The translations under genes and the position numbers were made by a program. This document shows positions 36,401-39,488 of a stretch of DNA of 39,488 nucleotides, in pieces (the first letter of the stretch is position 1; each line of letters opens with the position of its first letter). The stretch spans positions 35,622,066 through 35,661,553 of the forward strand of contig NC_057720.1 of assembly GCF_004010195.1 (NCBI RefSeq). Direction: 5' to 3'. Source of the stretch: Chiloscyllium plagiosum. Lineage: Eukaryota. The notes under the pieces were generated by a model that saw only the letters and a program-made list of their open reading frames with translations, ran no database searches and was not told where the DNA came from.

Positions 36401-37421
36401 GTATGTATGTGAAATCAGAGTTAAGCCTAAAAAGATTGTAACAGTCAAATAGGAAATCTGATAATGATTCAAAAAATGACTTGAAAATCACGTCATTAGG
36501 ATGGTTATTTTATACTTATTTAAATTGTCAACTATAGACTTATTCTATAATAGCATTTATTTTCCTTTTGTTAAAGATCTGAACAAAATCAGCTACAGGA
36601 ATACCACAAACCATCACACAATTGTGCTTATATTTTGGAAATGTTACATATTTACCTCCAATGCACCATGCAGTATATGTTGTAAAGGTCAAAAAGGCAA
36701 AGTTTCACCAAAGGGTGAATTAGCACTGGGACCAATATCTTGGGGTCAAACCTCTAACAACTAAAGTAACAGAGTTAGTGCCTCGCCTCAGAGGCCTGTG
36801 CAAACAGCACTAACTAAACCAATTAATGCCACCTAATCATCTCTGATAGACGGTGGCAAGTCCTTAATATTTTGTCAGGCAGTGTGGCCTTGCCAGTAGG
36901 TTATTCTTCAAATGGCTAATGCTATAGTCCTAACTAAATTAACCTCTGCCTGAATGGGGTGAGAGGGAGGTTGTTTGCTGGGTGACTGCACCTTAGGCCG
37001 AAGGAGAGAAAATAACATCGGGCTCAAATTTGATCAGGGACCATTGTATGTGCCCAAATGTGCATGCTCACATATACTGCACAAAATATTGTCCAGTTTC
37101 TCAGAACAAGTGAGTTAGTCACTCAGTCCTTTACAAAAATTAAACCCACGTTCTCTTGTTTCGTAATTGAAAATAGAAAGTGAAAATATGAGTGATCTGT
37201 TAAATTGGTTAAAGAATTGATGAATCTGAATAAATTGTGGGAATAAAATTGAGAGTGCATCGGTCACAATGTGGTTCATTTTGACTTCTCAGCAGTTGTC
37301 AGGCAAAGTGCATTGGTCAACCACTTGTTGCAGCATAGATGACCGTTTTGTGTTTCTGGCCTCATTAAAATTTAGGAGTTAATCAGTGAGGCTCCAACTA
37401 GTGTCCCACTGCAGCTTCCTT

Positions 37422-37740
37422 GGGGGTAGCTCAGTGGTTAGCACTGCTGCCTGACAATGCCAGGGACCCGGGTTCGATTTGGGCGACTGTCTGTGTCAAG
37501 TTTGCACATTCTCCCCGTGTCTGCGTGGATTTCCTCTGGGTGCTCCGGTTTCCTTCCACAATCCAAAGATGTGCAGTTCAGTGAATTGGCCCTGCTAAGT
37601 TGCCCATAGTAATAGGTGCATTAGTCAGGGGTAAATATAGGGTCGGGGAATGGGTCTGGGTGGGTTACTCTTCGGAGGGTCGGTGTGGATTTGTTGGGCT
37701 AAAGGGCCTGTTTCCATACTGTAGGGAATCTAATCTAATC
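37422..37740 (+). mobile_element. HE1-type SINE
   Basis: ggtagctcagtggttagcactgctgcc...gacccgggttcgatt head; tail ends ggaatctaatctaatc. Confidence 0.93.
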
Positions 37741-39168
37741 TTGATTGCAAACTAAAAACTATGTCAGATCTGCTGCTAGAAAGGTAAATTTAGGATAGGA
37801 TTAGAGAAGGGAAAGGAAGATGGATGTGGTTGATGTCTAGTGTTCTCGATATGTAGTGACCCAAGTTGCTTTTCATGAGAAGTTGTCCCTTACAGGTTGA
37901 CTGAAATAATTCACGATTTTCCTTTGCCATGTCTCTTTCCTTCTATTACCCAGGGAAATTATTGGACTGTTGCTGTTGGATATTCATCTCCCCCACCATC
38001 TGATCTCCCCCTCTTCTCCCCCAACCACAACTCACTGGCATTTATGTTAGAGTCCTTTTCTTTGCTACCACAATGCTGAGCCTTGAAGGCTAATATGTGC
38101 ACTTCAATCTGATCTAATCAGGCAGGGGATTACACCCTGTGGTCACTCCATGCCTCCTTTTGTGTGTGCTCGAATTTTTTGGCTATGGTTTGTCCTAAGT
38201 TGAAATGTCATTTTAAAGTCACGTTTCAAGGTAATGGTATGTTCTAGTCTCAGGCAGGCTAAAAGGTACTTCACATAGTACTTGTTGTACTACATCTGAA
38301 CATGAATATTTAATGTGTGTGGTTTTGCTTTTTTAGCTCTTGGCAGCTTATCAATGGATAGGGCTGAGCACTGTGGGGATATCCACAGGTTGGTCATTCA
38401 CACTTTCTCTTGATAAGAAGGCAGAATATTAACCGAAGTTAATGGGATGGAGAACACAATGTTGTATCAGTGAGCTTTGAGTTGGACAATGTTTAAGGCA
38501 ATTTCCAGGCTGCATGTTTCTGAAAGTGAACTAGGCTGCAGAATAGCCTCTCTTAACATATTACATCCACCAAAAATCTGCACACTACCTTTTAATTTCA
38601 AAATGACTCTGTACACCTTTCTTACTGTTGGCTCCTATCACTAACAGAATTTCTTGATTCTACCTAACAAGTTCTCTCTGTATCTATAACGTATTTTTTA
38701 AAAATGAAAGCCTTCCTCCTCCCACCATCTTGATTCGTATGGATATTTTTGTGCATAAATAAATTTGAATTTCTTTTTCATTGTTGCCAAAGGCCAGGGG
38801 AGGTTAAGTAACCACAGGTACATTTGAAATGAAGCATTTTTCAATGGAAAGCTGTCTAAATGGGAAGAGGCACTTCAACAAAACAATTCAAATTGATTCA
38901 AGACTGAAGACCACAACACCCCATATATTTTATGTCTGTTTTGTTAAACACTTACCAAAACCCACTAAAAAACATTATCCTTGCTGCTACAATTAACTGT
39001 TTATCTGAAGATTTTTTTGGGAATATTGAAACAAACTGGTGGAACCTTATTGTGGGAAGTGGTGGAAGAATATTGGTCATTGGCGAATAGTCCATGTGAA
39101 TATTATTTTGTAAGTGTAATTAAACAATTCTTTACTTTAAAGTTCATTTAAATGGTCAAGTGTGAACT

Positions 39169-39488
39169 CGGATTTCACCAGTTTCCTCATTTCCCCTCCC
39201 CCCAGCCTGTCTCAGTCAAATCCATCAAATTCAGCACCGCCTCCCTGACCTGCAATCTTCTTCCCGACCTCTCCGCCCCCACCCCAATCTGTCCTATCAC
39301 CCTCACCTTGACCTTTTTCCACCTATCACATTTCCGACGCCCCTCCCCCAAGTCCCTCCTCCCTACCTTTTATCTTAGCCTGCTGGACAAACTTTCCTCA
39401 TTCCTGAAGAAGGGCTTATGCCCGAAACGTCGATTCTCCTGTTCCCTGGATGCTGCCTGACCTGCTGCGCTTTTCCAGCAACACATTT
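39169..39488 (+). mobile_element. Penelope-like 3' end/pLTR (family A), truncated by window end
   Basis: ggatttcaccagtttcctcatttccc, about 200 bp C-rich tract, then the same core and tail as in the palindromic inserts. Confidence 0.85.
39400..39435 (+). ncRNA. Minimal hammerhead ribozyme motif, intact core
   Basis: attc-ctgaaga (39404-39410)-a-gggc-ttat-gccc-gaaa (39424-39427)-cgtc-gatt; predicted cleavage after 39431; stem I attc/gatt pairs at 3 of 4 positions. Confidence 0.68.

Overview
Eukaryotic, AT-rich, repeat-dominated non-coding DNA with no convincing host protein-coding exon. The repeat content (HE1-type tRNA-derived SINEs, CR1/HER1-type LINE fragments, a Deu-domain SINE) points to a shark or other elasmobranch; this is inferred from repeat families only. 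Nearly all ORFs in the track are chance ORFs or transposon remnants. The window holds seven HE1 SINE copies, CR1 and L2 LINE debris, a CpG-rich Tigger/pogo-like MITE, a 281-nt assembly gap and a decayed Penelope-like retroelement (RT and GIY-YIG remnants) between inverted terminal repeats. The most interesting signal is about 14 short Penelope-pLTR-type inserts from at least four sequence families. Most carry an intact or decayed minimal hammerhead ribozyme core (CUGA[U/A]GA-A-stem II-GAAA-palindromic mini helix III-NUH) whose stem II sequence differs between families but keeps its pairing. Many are fold-back palindromes centred at or next to the ribozyme and flanked by 10-16 bp target-site duplications, and one contains a 136-nt ribozyme-to-ribozyme tandem unit reminiscent of retrozymes. 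All calls are by eye; no searches or folding programs were run.
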